DNA of 64,000 nucleotides from Eledone cirrhosa. Its lineage: Eukaryota. The position numbers and the translations under genes are program-made. The stretch spans positions 340,504,001 to 340,568,000 of the forward strand of contig OZ024742.1 in the NCBI GenBank assembly GCA_964016885.1, in the 5' to 3' direction. The notes under the pieces were generated by a model, which saw only the letters and a program-made list of their open reading frames with translations, searched no databases and had not been told where the DNA came from. Positions 41,622-54,800 of the stretch are shown here, one piece after another (the first letter of the stretch is position 1; the number at the start of each line of letters is the position of its first letter).

Positions 41622-42526
41622 TGTATGAAGGTTAATTTAACTTAAGTTGTTTAATAGTTTTAGTTTTTTAAATCATTATTTAAATGGCAGTGTAGTATAA
41701 ACAAGCTTTAATAAAAACGTTAGTTTTTCAATTGAAATAATAAGTTTATTGTTTATGGTTGGGATTGTACTAGGAGTTGCAGTGTTTATCTGAAGTAGGG
41801 ACTTGTACCAGACTTGTAGAGATCTTATTATTTTATGTATTGTATTTTTTTTGTTTTCTTTTGTTTTGTTTCTTTTTATTCTAATGCTCCCTACATAATA
41901 TGATGCATACTATTTGTTAATTTGGACAACGCAACAGGTAAAGGGCCTTGAACTCCGGATGGAATTGTAGGGGCATTGTCCTGACAAACGCTGGGTCGTT
42001 GGCACATTGTAATTTGCGAAGCCTATCACTCACCTGGTCGGAATTGACAATTTCTTTAATATCGACCTCAAAATGGTGAAAGGAAAAGTTGACTTTGGTG
42101 GGATTTGAAAGTGCAGTGAACCAGTAGTGTTAAGTCATCTTAGTGTTTACTTTTCCTTATTAAATAATTATTATGTAGGTAGTGTTAAGACATCTAAATA
42201 TTAGTTTTACTGTAGGTTCATAGTAACGTGTTATCCTGGTTATATAATTGGTATAATATTTATTTGTTTTCGTTTACATCATTTTAGATTTCTATTGCGT
42301 ATCGAGCTGTTACGCGCGTTTCGCAAAGGATTGACTCAGGGTCAACCATAGAGGTTATGGACCCGACACCAATATATATATTAGAAAGAGCCGGGACCGG
42401 ACGGTTGAGCGTTTACCGTTGAAACCAGCCCCGATGCTTTCAAATATAACTAACTATACTCTACTATCCAATGTATCGACAGTACTCTGTTGAGTAATGG
42501 TCAAACTAGTTTAAAACTGGTTCTAT

Positions 42527-42662
<136 letters not shown>

Positions 42663-42765
42663 CGTCTCTGCCCCTTTTCGTCTATTCTTGCCGAGGTCAG
42701 ACGGGTTTTTCTTCGCTGTCCCTAATTCACCGTAAACAAGGGCTTATGTTCAGTATCTGCTTTTG

Positions 42766-42824
<59 letters not shown>

Positions 42825-42830
42825 TCTCTC

Positions 42831-42877
<47 letters not shown>

Positions 42878-43200
42878 TCGTTACTTATACACATGTCCTT
42901 CAACTGTTCCTCTCTTTTACGGTATACTCTATACGTTTTTTTCTACCTTTTTTCCCCTTCTGTTTGATTTCTTTTTTCTCTCACGCCTTTTTTCTCAATA
43001 ACTTCCACGAGTTATTGACGTACTGAAGTTAGACATATTGTCTTTAATGCGTTGAAATGTCCATGACCTCCTGCAGACAACTGAAGAAGCGAGTGTCCCT
43101 CGTTTGTGCTTTTCTTTTATTTTTAAATACACTTTATCAAGTAACCTCACAGCTCCCTGTTTCTCCCAAAAGTTATATACACACACACACACACACAACA

Positions 43201-43299
<99 letters not shown>

Positions 43300-43352
43300 C
43301 TAGGTTCGATGATCTGACTATCCATTCCTGCATATACACGTGTGTATATTCG

Positions 43353-43404
<52 letters not shown>

Positions 43405-43532
43405 CACACACATATATAACCAGTCGCTTTGCTGAAGCATCATAGCTATGATGTAAGAAATTGAATAAATATATAGTATATATTTACTCTTTTATCAATA
43501 TTGATTTTGGCTTCCTTTGCTGACACACACAA

Positions 43533-43569
<37 letters not shown>

Positions 43570-43649
43570 AAGGACGCAAAAAATGTTTATGGTAATGCTA
43601 TAATATTAAAGACAATTGTAAACTCACACACACACATACAGACAGACAG

Positions 43650-43777
<128 letters not shown>

Positions 43778-43868
43778 ATACTCTTAAGCACCAGCGTTAT
43801 CCATAAACGTAAGCCTACGTATACACACATGTGTATAATATAAGTATGTTAACCATGGGAGAAATGAA

Positions 43869-43908
<40 letters not shown>

Positions 43909-44319
43909 TTGAGCGTGTATGTCTATGCATATGTTTATGTTTGTGTATGTGTGTGTTTGTGTATATACGATTGAGTGTGTGTATGTGTGTGTTTGCGTGT
44001 GTGTGGTGGGAGAAAGAGGGTTTAATGTAATGTCTGATTTTCAATAGGTTATAGTGAAAAATACCATTATCGTCTGCTTAGTTTATGATTGAAATATATA
44101 ATGTTGTCACTTTATGACTTCAACTTTACGACTGAAACATTAGTACCCAGACTTTATGACTGAGATAGATGTGTCACAATTAAAACAAGAAAATAATAAA
44201 TAACAAAATCGTATTTTGGTCGTCAAAACTATCGAAAAGTAATTTTGTTAATTGCGGAAATTTAAATAAAAATTTTTGTTTCGAAGATTTAAACATCAAG
44301 TACATTTTTTAATGTTTAA

Positions 44320-45690
44320 TTTAAGGAGAGTAGGAAAAGTCGATTAAATCATATTCACTGCTTGACTGGTGTTATATTTAATCGCTCTCGAAAGGCTGAA
44401 AAGCAAACTTCGCCAGTATTTGAACTCAGAACGCGTTCAATCGTGAGAAATAATACAGATGCAAGGCATTTTATCTGTCGCTCTAATGATTCTGCCAATC
44501 CACCGGTCTTTTATAATAATAATTCTTTCTAAATTTGGCGCAAGGCCAGCAATTTCAAGGAGAGGGGAAAGTCATTTAAATAGACCTCAGTGCGTGGCTG
44601 GTTCTTTATTTCATCGACCCAGAAAGGATGAAAGGTAAATAATAATAATTGTTTCTACTTTTGGCACATGGCCAGCAATTATCCCAGTGCATTACTGGTA
44701 CTTTATTTTATCGACCCCGTAAGGATGAAAGGCAAAGTTAACCTCGGTGGGATTTGAACTCAGTCCGTAAGGGATCGTAACTGTATGCTGCAAAGCAGGC
44801 GACCGACCCTTTACCGATACTGCCAATCGAATAATAATTATTATTTCTGATTTAGGCATAAGACCAACAATTTTGGGGGAGGGTAAAGTCTATGAAATCG
44901 ATCCCCGTGCGTGGAGCTTCATTTTATCGACAAGTATGGCTGAAAAGCAAAGCCAACCTCGGCAGTATTTTAATTCAGAACACATTGAGTCGGAATTAAT
45001 TATGCAAGTGCAAGTCATTTTGCCTGTCGCTCTAAAGATTCTGCCAATCCACCATATAAAAATAACAATAATAACAATAATAATTGTTTCTACTTTTGGC
45101 ACAAGGCCAGCAATTACCCCAGTACATTACTGGTACTTTATTTTATCGACCCCGTAAGAATGAAAGGTAAAGTTAACCTCGACGGGATTTGAACTCAGGC
45201 CGTAAAGGACCGTAACTATGCTGCAAAGCATGGCGTCCGACCCTCTACTGATACTGCCAATCCACCAGGCACAATGCCAGGAATTTTAGGGGCGGTAAAA
45301 GTCGATTGAATCGACACCAGCTCATTACTGGTAATTTATTTTATCGACTCCGTAAGGATTAAAAACAAAGGATAATAATAATAATTGTTTCTACTGTTGG
45401 CACAAGGCCAGCAATTATCCCAGTGTATTACTGGTACTTTATTTTATCGACCCCGTAAGGATGAAAGGCAAAGTTAACCTTGGCGGGATTTGAACTCAGT
45501 CCGTAAAGGGACGTAACAGTGCTGCAAAGCATGGCCTCCGACCCTCTACCGATACTGCCAATCCACCCAAATGATAATAATAATAATGAGTTCTGATTTA
45601 GCCAGAAGGTCAGCAATTTGGGGGGCGGGGAAAGTCTATTAAATTAACCCCAGTGCATGACTGGTACTTTATTTTGTGGACCACGTAAGG
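44320..45690 (-). mobile_element. Head-to-tail stack of about 8 SINE copies/fragments
   Basis: Alternating long-subfamily (diverged) and short-subfamily (44645-44828, 45080-45266, 45380-45568) copies, mostly separated by (AAT)n. Confidence 0.9.
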
Positions 45691-45699
45691 TTGAATCGC

Positions 45700-45976
45700 T
45701 GGACAGATTTTTTTGGGGAAGAATTAACCATCAGGAGAGCCAAGGGCAGCCCCCGAGCAAGATGGGTGGGTAGCATCCACAAGTTCAGCTGGTCTCACTT
45801 GGGAACCCACCCGGATCAATAGGAGAGAGTTGCTACTGACAGGACCCGTTGGAAGGAGTGTTTGAGAACTCTACTCCGACAATTCTTCCAGGAAAAAAGT
45901 GGGTGAAGAAGAAGAAGAAGAAGAAGAAGAAGAAGAAGAAGAAGAAGAAGAAGAAGAAGAAGAAGAAGAAGAAGAA
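45700..45976 (+). mobile_element. RTE-like LINE 3' end with (GAA)n tail
   Basis: G(S)PRARW...ATDRTRWK-like terminal coding followed by (GAA)n. Confidence 0.6.
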
Positions 45977-46246
45977 ACAGTACAAAAGAGATTTTACATT
46001 ATATGAAGTGAAGGGGACACCAACTAAGAGGGAAGTGTAGATAAAGCAGAAACAATAATTGTAATGAATAGTAATCCTAAACAAACGTCAACTAGAAAAG
46101 TTCCCCTAAAGAGATGGGATAACACTTTAAGGTAAATCCAGGATTATTCTATCACCTCACGACCATTGAAATGGTTCACATACAATTTTTTTCAGCCTGC
46201 TTAGCAAAGCATAGTCGACGTAAACCTATTCAGCCTCGTTACTCTA

Positions 46247-46818
46247 ACCACTCTCACATATATTTAATGAAGCCAACCTCACATATATTTCATGAAGCCA
46301 CCCTCACATACCTTTCATGAAACCATTCTTACATATATTTCACGAAACCATTCTCACATATATTTCACTGAACCACTCTCATGTATATTTCATGAAACCA
46401 CTCACATATATTTCACGAAACCATTCTCACATATATTTCACTGAACCACTCTCATGTATATTTCATGAAACCACTCACATATATTTCACGAAACCATTCT
46501 CACATATATTTCACTGAACCACTCTCATGTATATTTCATGAAATCACTCACATATATTTTACGAAACCACTCTCTCGTATCTTTCACGAAACCACTTTCA
46601 CATATATTTCATGAAACCACTTTTATGTATCTTTCATGAAACCACTCTTACATATATTTCGTGAAACCACTCTCACGTCCCTTTTATGAAACCACACTCA
46701 TGTATCTTTCATGAAACCATTCTCACATATATTTCATGAAAGCACTGTTACATATATTTCATGAAACCACTCTCTCATACCTTTCATGAAAACACACTCA
46801 CATATATTTCACGAACCA
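46247..46818. repeat. About 25-bp minisatellite (gaaaccactctcacatatatttcat), about 23 diverged copies
   Basis: Seen directly; a 3-unit block is repeated three times at about 46341-46560. Confidence 0.93.
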
Positions 46819-47346
46819 TAGAAGGAGGCAGCACCTTTCACCACAGCTTCCAAGCAAAGAATGACTTGCTGCGCTTCTCTTATGAAGGAAGTTGACGGTT
46901 CGATTTTTGCTATAGACAAAAACACTTAAGCATAAAATTAACGAAAAGACAATGCAAGGTTTTAATGGATAATTCCCAGTCTGTCGGCAGAGCGGATGAC
47001 TTTGATACAAAGTGTAGGGAATATATTTATGTATTCATCGTTATTTATAATGTCTTCATGAATATATGTATTACAGCGATATAACTAAGGTGTGGCCATT
47101 AAGAGAGGAGAGGCGGGAGAGAGGGATAGGAAGAAAGAAAAAAACGTGTGTGTGTAAGTAAGTGTGTGTGTGTAAGTGAGTGTGTGTGTGGGTGGGTGTG
47201 TGTGTATGTGTGTGTATGTGTGTGTTTAAGTGTGTGAGTGCATGTGGATGTAACTTGGTGTATGTCAGAGGTGGAGGTTGAATTGATATTTTCCTACAAA
47301 AATTATATATATATATGTAAATATATATATATATATATATATATAT

Positions 47347-47392
<46 letters not shown>

Positions 47393-47457
47393 GTATGTAT
47401 GTATATGAATATATATATGTATATATATATATATACATAAATGGATATAAATATGTA

Positions 47458-47518
<61 letters not shown>

Positions 47519-47656
47519 ATATGTATGTATGTATATGAATATATATATGTATATATATATATATATATACATAAATGTATATAAATATGTATATATGTAT
47601 ATATAAATATATATATGTATATATATTGTATATATATATTATGTATATATATATAT

Positions 47657-47694
<38 letters not shown>

Positions 47695-47721
47695 GTGTGT
47701 ATATATATATATGTATATATG

Positions 47722-47809
<88 letters not shown>

Positions 47810-48328
47810 CATCCACACACACACAGATATATATATTTACGTACCGATATAAATACACATTAACACATACTTAATTGATTTGCGTATACAGAACCGCAAA
47901 AGGAAAAGAGATGTTTAAAAAAACAGCAAATATGCACACATACATACATACATAAATACATACATACATTACATACATGCATACATAAATACATACATAA
48001 ATACATACATACATACATGCATACATATATACATACATACATGCATGCATAAATACATACATACATAAATACATACATACATACATAAATACATACATAC
48101 ATGCATACATACATAAATACATACATGCATACATACATACATACATAAATACATACATACCTACCTACATACATATGTACATGCATACATACAAACATAC
48201 AACACACATACATATATACATACATATATACATATATATATACATATATATTGAAACAGATGATTGTTTAGTGTATACAAAGCCACAGAAAGAAAAGTCA
48301 TTTTAAAAACGACAAATACATACGGACG

Positions 48329-48425
<97 letters not shown>

Positions 48426-48828
48426 GCACACACACTCACACATACACACGAACAGGCATACACACGCAGGCACGTTTGATAAAGGCACTTGTAATGACAT
48501 GCGTGCAAACATAATCACATGTATCTGTGTGTTTGAAGACAGATCTGTGGTGAATTCAGCTTACATGGGGGCCTTAGTTATATTAGGGGCCCCTAGTGGC
48601 CGTGTATTATACAGTATTTATGGTAGCAAAGCAATTTAGACACCGTTAATATTGAGCTATAATTTAAACAAACGGCCAGCAGATTAGGGCTGGTACATTA
48701 TATTATTGATCCTGGCATGATGAAGTCTAAATTGACCGCGGTGGGATTCTAATTCAGAACGTAAAAAGCAAGAATAAATGCCTCAATTGTAGTTTATCCG
48801 ATGCACCTGCAATTCTGCCATTCCACCA

Positions 48829-49307
48829 TCTAAACTACAATAAAGTAAGGAGTGCGGGACTGCGTCCAGAATATATTCTTTTATCCCGTTTGTAAAATAA
48901 GTTGGATTACTTTGAATAAATAATGAATAAATATTACATAATTTATCTACTAAATTTCGTTATTCTTGATTAAATTTTAATAATTTTGTGGCTTATTTTA
49001 AGATTCACTTCTTTAAAATTTTCAAATGTCAACACTTCTGGTTAGCGATCGGTTAAATAAACATTCATATAATTCCGTCACTAATTTTCTCCTAATGCAG
49101 TTTATATATAATATTTTTTTTTTAAGGTATCATAGATTACGTTACTCCTTACATAAGACAGTGTAACGCAGTCTTCGTTCAATTTCTGTGTATATTCTGT
49201 GTATATTGATCTTTTATATCTACATGCATATATACTTGCGTATAATATCAATATGCACACCACACATGCTAACAGAAAACCACCCGAACGGTGGTTTTTT
49301 CTGCTAG
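48829..49307 (+). mobile_element. Complete non-autonomous Helitron
   Basis: A|TC start, subterminal hairpin aaaaccacc-cgaac-ggtggtttt, CTAG|T end, no TSD; sits between two degraded SINEs. Confidence 0.85.
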
Positions 49308-49933
49308 TCCTTATAATTTCTAATTTAGGCACAAGACCAAGGCGTTAGAGAAATAGAGCAAGTTTGTTAAATCGATTTCAGTACATGACTTGTACTTTAT
49401 TTTATCGATCACGGAAGGATGAAAGACATTAGTTGGGAAGGATTTAAACTTAGAACATAAAAAAAGCGGTAACAATACTACAAGGCAATTAGTCCGATGC
49501 TGTAACGGTTCCCTCAATCCACTGCCATCAAGGGGTTCATTAATATTGTGGACCCTACCTAATGTCTTGCCAAACCGACCTAGTCTTACTAAGTCCGCCA
49601 CTTGAACAGACACGTACAGCCCTGGCAACATCGTTAGAGTTTCACCAAATAATTGCATAGCACCTATATTAGATGAAATTAAGATGAAATGTAATTAAAA
49701 ATAATTGACAACCAAAAAACAGATATCCATTTAAAGGCACTCTGGTGATGCTTTCGTTTGTCACTAATAACTAATCATAGGTATAGTATAATTGTTTTGA
49801 TGAAACTGTGAGGAACATCATTACCTGTCTAGCCGTGGACACTCCATAGATCATACGTGAGCAAGTATGTAGGACAACCGACACGGAAAGGCCCAGCAAC
49901 AGGCTATTATTATCATTATTATTATTATTATTA

Positions 49934-49970
<37 letters not shown>

Positions 49971-49981
49971 ATGGCCAGTGT

Positions 49982-50160
49982 ATTGGCAGTATCGGTAGAG
50001 GGTCGGACGCCATGCTTTGACGCATAGAGTTACGGCCCTTGCCATTCTGAGTTCAAATCCCGCCGAGGTTAACTTTGCCTTTCATCCTTATGGGGTCGAT
50101 AAAATAAAGTACCAGTAATACACTGGGTAATTGCTGGCCTTGTGCCAAAAGTAGAAACAA
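49982..50160 (+). mobile_element. SINE (short subfamily) whose (ATT)n tail hosts the LINE nest
   Basis: Nearly full consensus, followed by (ATT)n at 50160-50180. Confidence 0.92.
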
Positions 50161-50180
50161 TTATTATTATTATTATTATT

Positions 50181-53100
50181 GTTATTGTTATTCCTTGAAT
50201 CTCAGTCATTGATGTTGGTTAACTGGAAAGTCCGTTGGATTGAATATCAAGCCACTACCTGCAGCCTCAGATATTCAGGACGTATCGGAGGGTTCTTGCT
50301 GTTCCAAGCAAGCATGCCTTTTGAAGCGTTCCAAAAAGCGTGAAGGGGCCGATTTTCTTTAACCATCCCTGGAAACCTTTGGAGATAGTCCCCAGTGCGC
50401 CTATGACAATCGGGATCACTTTGACTTCATGGCAGTTCCAAATCCTTTTCACCTCCCACTTTAGGTCCTGGTATCGGTTAATTTTCTCCCTCTCCTTCTC
50501 TTGCACTCTCGTGTCGAACGGGCAGGCCACATCCACAATCAGACACGATCTTTTTTCTTTGTCCATAACCACCAGGTCAGGTCTATTGTGTTCCAGTTTT
50601 TTGTCCGTCTGTATCCTAAAATCCCACAGCACCTTCACCTGACTGTTCTCCATCACCGCCTCTGGCCTATGCTCATACCATTTCTCAGAATGTGGTAGAT
50701 TGTTTACTTTGCACAGGTGCCAGTGGATCACCCTGCCCATCACATCGTGTCTCCAGCCCTTATAGTGGGTCTGGGCTAGGTGTTTACACTCGGACACAAT
50801 GTGAGCCACAGTCTCCTCTCTCTCTCCACAGATCCTGCACAGTGGGCTAGCCTCCTCCTTGTAGATATGGTGCTTCAACCACTTCGTTTTGAGGGCCTGC
50901 TCCTGCGCAGCCATTAGCATTCCTTCTGTAGCCTTTTTGAGGTCTCCTCTTCTCAACCAGTTCCATGTCTGTGGATCTCTAAATTCAGTTTTCTCAAAGA
51001 AGGTACTATGAAGGGATTTTCCCTTAAGGCTGCTCTTCCTCCTTGATGTTATTTCCTCCTTGGACATCCCCTGGCCTACTGTCCCCTCCTTCAGTACAGT
51101 TCTGAGCATTGGCTCCTTACTATAGGTCACGTATTTGTATAGGTTGTTTTTCTCCATCTGAACACAGTCCTCTATGCTGATAAGACCTCTTCCACCCTCA
51201 GATCTCCTTAGGTAGAGTCTATCGACATCACTCCTCTTGTGGAACATGTTGTAGATAGTCAATAGCTTCCTAGTCTTCCTATCCATTTCTTTTAGTTCAG
51301 CAACATTCCATCTCAGAATTCCCGCACTGTACCTAATAATAGACACAGCTCGGGAATTTACTGCGCTTATGGCATTTCTGCTGTTCAGATGTGACTTCAA
51401 TACGCTCCTTACTCTCCGAATGTATTCAGTTCTTAACAATTCCTTCATTTTTTTGTTCTTTATGCCATCAGCCTCCAGAACGCCCAAATACTTGTATCCT
51501 TCCTCAGAGTCAATTTCCTTTATCATCTCACCTGTTGGTATCTGGATCCCGTTACTTCTGCTCAACCTACCCCTCTTCATCACAATGACTCCACATTTAC
51601 CAATACCAAACTGCATACATATATTACTGCTGAAAATACGGACAGTGTCAACAAGCACATCCAACTCCTTCTCACTTTTCCCGAAGAGCTTAAGATCGTC
51701 CATGAAGAGGAGGTGATTGATGGTAAGCTCTCCCCTTCCCAACTTGTATCCTGCTCTCACTTTTCGGAGCATAATGGTCAAGGGCATCAGGGCAAGGACA
51801 AACAACAGAGGGGACAGGCTATCTCCCTGGAAGATACCTCTCTTGATCTTCACGCTTCCCAAGGATACTCCAGTTGATGTCAACTCTGTCTCCCAGGACC
51901 CCATACTCCTGCCCAGCAACTGTCTGATGTTATCTGCCACCCTGAAGACCTCCAGGCTTTTGGTGATCCAGGAATGAGGCACCATGTCAAATGCCTTTCT
52001 GTAGTCTATCCATCCCATGGCAAGATCAGTGTGTCTCCTCCTGCAATTCCCCATTACCATCTTATCAATAAGCAACTGGTCCTTTGTACCACGTGACTTC
52101 TTTCGGCATCCTTTCTGTTCGTCCGGTAACAAGTTGTTTGTGTGGAGGTGATGGTAGATTTCCTCAGACACAATGCTCGTCAACAGTTTCCACATTACGG
52201 GCAGACATGTGATAGGTCTATAGTTGGTAACATCATTACCCTTGATTCGGTCTTTCATTATCAGAACTGTGGTACCTTTTGTCAACCACTCTGGCACCTC
52301 ATCCGACACCAAGCAGTCATTGAACATGGCCGTCAGCTTCGGGTGGAGGGATGTTAAATGTTTAATCCAATACCCCTGCACACCATCTGGGCCTGGTGAT
52401 TTCCAGTTGGTTAGTTTTTTGGCTTGCCCCTTAAGAGTTTCAACTGTGATACTCAAATCAGTCTGTTGTTGTGCCTTCTCACCGATCTCCCTCTGTACTG
52501 TCTCAATCCACCCTGCCTGGGCATTGTGTCTAACATCCTGCTCCCATATTCCTCTCCAGAATGTTTTAGCTTGTTCCGCCCCAGGGATCAAGTCGTTGCC
52601 TCTTTCTTTCCCCTCAAGCTGTCCAAACAGCATCTTCTGGTTGTTGTCGAACATGCGGTTCTGTTTATACTGACTGACTCTGTTCTCGTATCGCCTGATT
52701 TTGGCACTCTTTGCTACAATGCGTTGCTTCAATTCCTCTATGATAATATTTAGCTTTTTACTCCTAGTTTTGTATTTTATTTCCAGTCTATTTTTAGTGC
52801 CTATGTTTTTTAGTGTCCCATTCAGTAGTGACTCAATCTTTCCTATGTCATTTCTCATTTCCCCGATTTGCCCACTCAGTCGCTTCTTCCACCACGGCTC
52901 TGCTCTTTCTTGTCTGTTGTTTCCTCTCGCTTTTATACCAAGTAGTTTCCTCACCGTATTTGCTGTTGCTTTGAGGATATTGTTGCACTGGTGAAGACTC
53001 CTCGCCTCAAGGTATGGGATGACTTTGTTTACCTTAGCTGTTGTTTCTTTTAACTTTTTCCTGTCTACAAATCTTAGGTTCATAGGTCTCCCACTATCAT

Positions 53101-54739
53101 TGTTCAATTCATCTACCACTAGATTTAGGATGTCAACCGAATCTTGTCCTAGCCCGTCAGCATTCATCTCCTCAGTGGCCGTATCTCTGTTCCAGGTATT
53201 ATTTATCTCAGTGTTCAGATCATTGTCTGCTTCGGGTGGTTCCTCCGTTCTCAGGACCTCCTCACCTTCATTTCCCACCGGCTCGCTTGTCTGGCATACT
53301 ACACCCGCCATCTCCAAGCCATTCTCTCTGCTCAGTTCCTCCAGTTCCAGCTCGCTTATCCACCCATTAGTTCTTATTACCCGAGCCTGCCCGGCCAATT
53401 TTTGTTCATCTAATTTAAATAAACCAATCTCGTTCCAGATGTTATGCATCCGTCTCCTGTAGCCCCTCTCCTTGGGGTTACTTTTCAGGTAGCATTGCAT
53501 AACAGTTCTATTCAATTCTTTCGTCCAGTTGGTTCTGGCCCCTTTCCTTCTTCTTCTTCCTCCAACATCAGCAGTATTTGGTTGACAGTCAGGTTCCTGC
53601 TGCTGAGCCAGGGGGCACCTGTTGGGTGAGAGTCTGTCACATGACGTTCTAGTCTCCATTTCACCGTTATTCGAACTGTTTATGTTCGATATTTAAACAC
53701 TCTTATCGAGGATTGGCGAATGTATGTTTACATAGCCATCTGTGGATCCGCCATCCCACTTGGCCCTTGTGTGGCATTATCACCACGCTGTATACGAACA
53801 CACATACACAAACAAACACACGGGCAGAAAGGGCCCCAAAAATGAATAAGCATAAGTTTCATTGTAATGTAGTATTCGAATGTCTGACTTAGTTTTTGTT
53901 TTTTAAGTTTTACTTTTTCCCCCCTCTTCTCTGTCCGTCCGCCTGCTTCTCTCTTCATTCTTATTTTCTTTACGTTTTTGGGGTTTCTTTTTTTGTTTTT
54001 GTTTTTCTCTGTTTGTTTTTCTCGTTTTTTGCTGTTGTTGCTGTGCTGCTTTGGTTTTGTTGTTTGTTTTTTCTTTTTTCTTTTGAGTCTATCTATATAT
54101 TTTGATGCCTTCCTCTTTGTTAGTAGTAGGGATTCTATAATGTGGAAGTAGTAGCAGCCAGCAGGGAGAAGTGGGAGGCTGGCGGCGCTGGCGATACTGA
54201 GACAGTGGTGGTGGTGATGTCGATACCGAGGCAGTGGTGGCGGTGATGCGACCGTATTACTGTAGTGATGGTGCTGTAGCGGTGGCAGCAGCAGTGAAGG
54301 AGTCAAGGGGTGGTGGCGGCGGTGATGGGATAGTGGTGGTAATGATGGCCGTAGTGAGCGGTGGCGGTGAAGGTGAAAATGCTGTTGTGTTTAGTGTACA
54401 CAGATGATGGGGTGGGTGGTGTATCTAGTTTCTGGTGTTGGTGAGTTTAGCTGTCCTATATAGTGTAGCCAGAGGAGAGGAGGGGGGGGGGTTCTTCTTC
54501 TTCCATTTATAGCCATTTTTTTTTGGGGATATACAGTGTACAATACAAAGTTGAATATTTGAATATTTGAGCCTTATAACAATATATTTTGGGTCCGAAT
54601 TTTTTGGGGCTCAAGCCGGGTGCTTTACGTAGCATTTGTACTAAGAGTTGTTATTTCACAAATGATTTAAATATGTTAAAAATTCAAAACTTACGGGAGC
54701 GATTTCATGACCTCCGTCACCTCGTGCGTCTTCTTCCCT
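50181..54739 (-). mobile_element. Full-length Dong/R4-clade non-LTR retrotransposon in (TAA)n
   Basis: Single RT-RLE ORF, ~86-nt 3' UTR, ~1.08-kb 5' leader; aatt(att)n duplicated at 50159 and 54740. Confidence 0.88.
50267..53659 (-). CDS. 1130-aa reverse transcriptase with CCHC zinc knuckle and restriction-like endonuclease (Dong/R4 type)
   Basis: KSPGPDG, YRPITCL, DYRKAFD, GIFQGDSLSP, HLLFMDD, YLG, CRICGEREETVAHIVSEC, RPD..DVACP..EKINRY; uninterrupted frame. Confidence 0.96.
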   Translation of the reverse strand: METRTSCDRLSPNRCPLAQQQEPDCQPNTADVGGRRRRKGARTNWTKELNRTVMQCYLKSNPKERGYRRRMHNIWNEIGLFKLDEQKLAGQARVIRTNGWISELELEELSRENGLEMAGVVCQTSEPVGNEGEEVLRTEEPPEADNDLNTEINNTWNRDTATEEMNADGLGQDSVDILNLVVDELNNDSGRPMNLRFVDRKKLKETTAKVNKVIPYLEARSLHQCNNILKATANTVRKLLGIKARGNNRQERAEPWWKKRLSGQIGEMRNDIGKIESLLNGTLKNIGTKNRLEIKYKTRSKKLNIIIEELKQRIVAKSAKIRRYENRVSQYKQNRMFDNNQKMLFGQLEGKERGNDLIPGAEQAKTFWRGIWEQDVRHNAQAGWIETVQREIGEKAQQQTDLSITVETLKGQAKKLTNWKSPGPDGVQGYWIKHLTSLHPKLTAMFNDCLVSDEVPEWLTKGTTVLIMKDRIKGNDVTNYRPITCLPVMWKLLTSIVSEEIYHHLHTNNLLPDEQKGCRKKSRGTKDQLLIDKMVMGNCRRRHTDLAMGWIDYRKAFDMVPHSWITKSLEVFRVADNIRQLLGRSMGSWETELTSTGVSLGSVKIKRGIFQGDSLSPLLFVLALMPLTIMLRKVRAGYKLGRGELTINHLLFMDDLKLFGKSEKELDVLVDTVRIFSSNICMQFGIGKCGVIVMKRGRLSRSNGIQIPTGEMIKEIDSEEGYKYLGVLEADGIKNKKMKELLRTEYIRRVRSVLKSHLNSRNAISAVNSRAVSIIRYSAGILRWNVAELKEMDRKTRKLLTIYNMFHKRSDVDRLYLRRSEGGRGLISIEDCVQMEKNNLYKYVTYSKEPMLRTVLKEGTVGQGMSKEEITSRRKSSLKGKSLHSTFFEKTEFRDPQTWNWLRRGDLKKATEGMLMAAQEQALKTKWLKHHIYKEEASPLCRICGEREETVAHIVSECKHLAQTHYKGWRHDVMGRVIHWHLCKVNNLPHSEKWYEHRPEAVMENSQVKVLWDFRIQTDKKLEHNRPDLVVMDKEKRSCLIVDVACPFDTRVQEKEREKINRYQDLKWEVKRIWNCHEVKVIPIVIGALGTISKGFQGWLKKIGPFTLFGTLQKACLLGTARTLRYVLNI

Positions 54740-54740
54740 A

Positions 54741-54800
<60 letters not shown>

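Noticed and set aside
46247-46818. Second possible CRISPR or coding repeat
   Set aside because: Diverged contiguous minisatellite with no spacers or sustained ORF.
49982-50065. tRNA gene
   Set aside because: A/B boxes belong to SINE heads; no cloverleaf, and each continues into the SINE body.
53660-53800. HDV-like ribozyme upstream of the Dong ORF
   Set aside because: Several hairpins are present, but I could not assemble the nested P1/P2/P3/P1.1 pseudoknot by eye; needs an RNAMotif/Infernal search.
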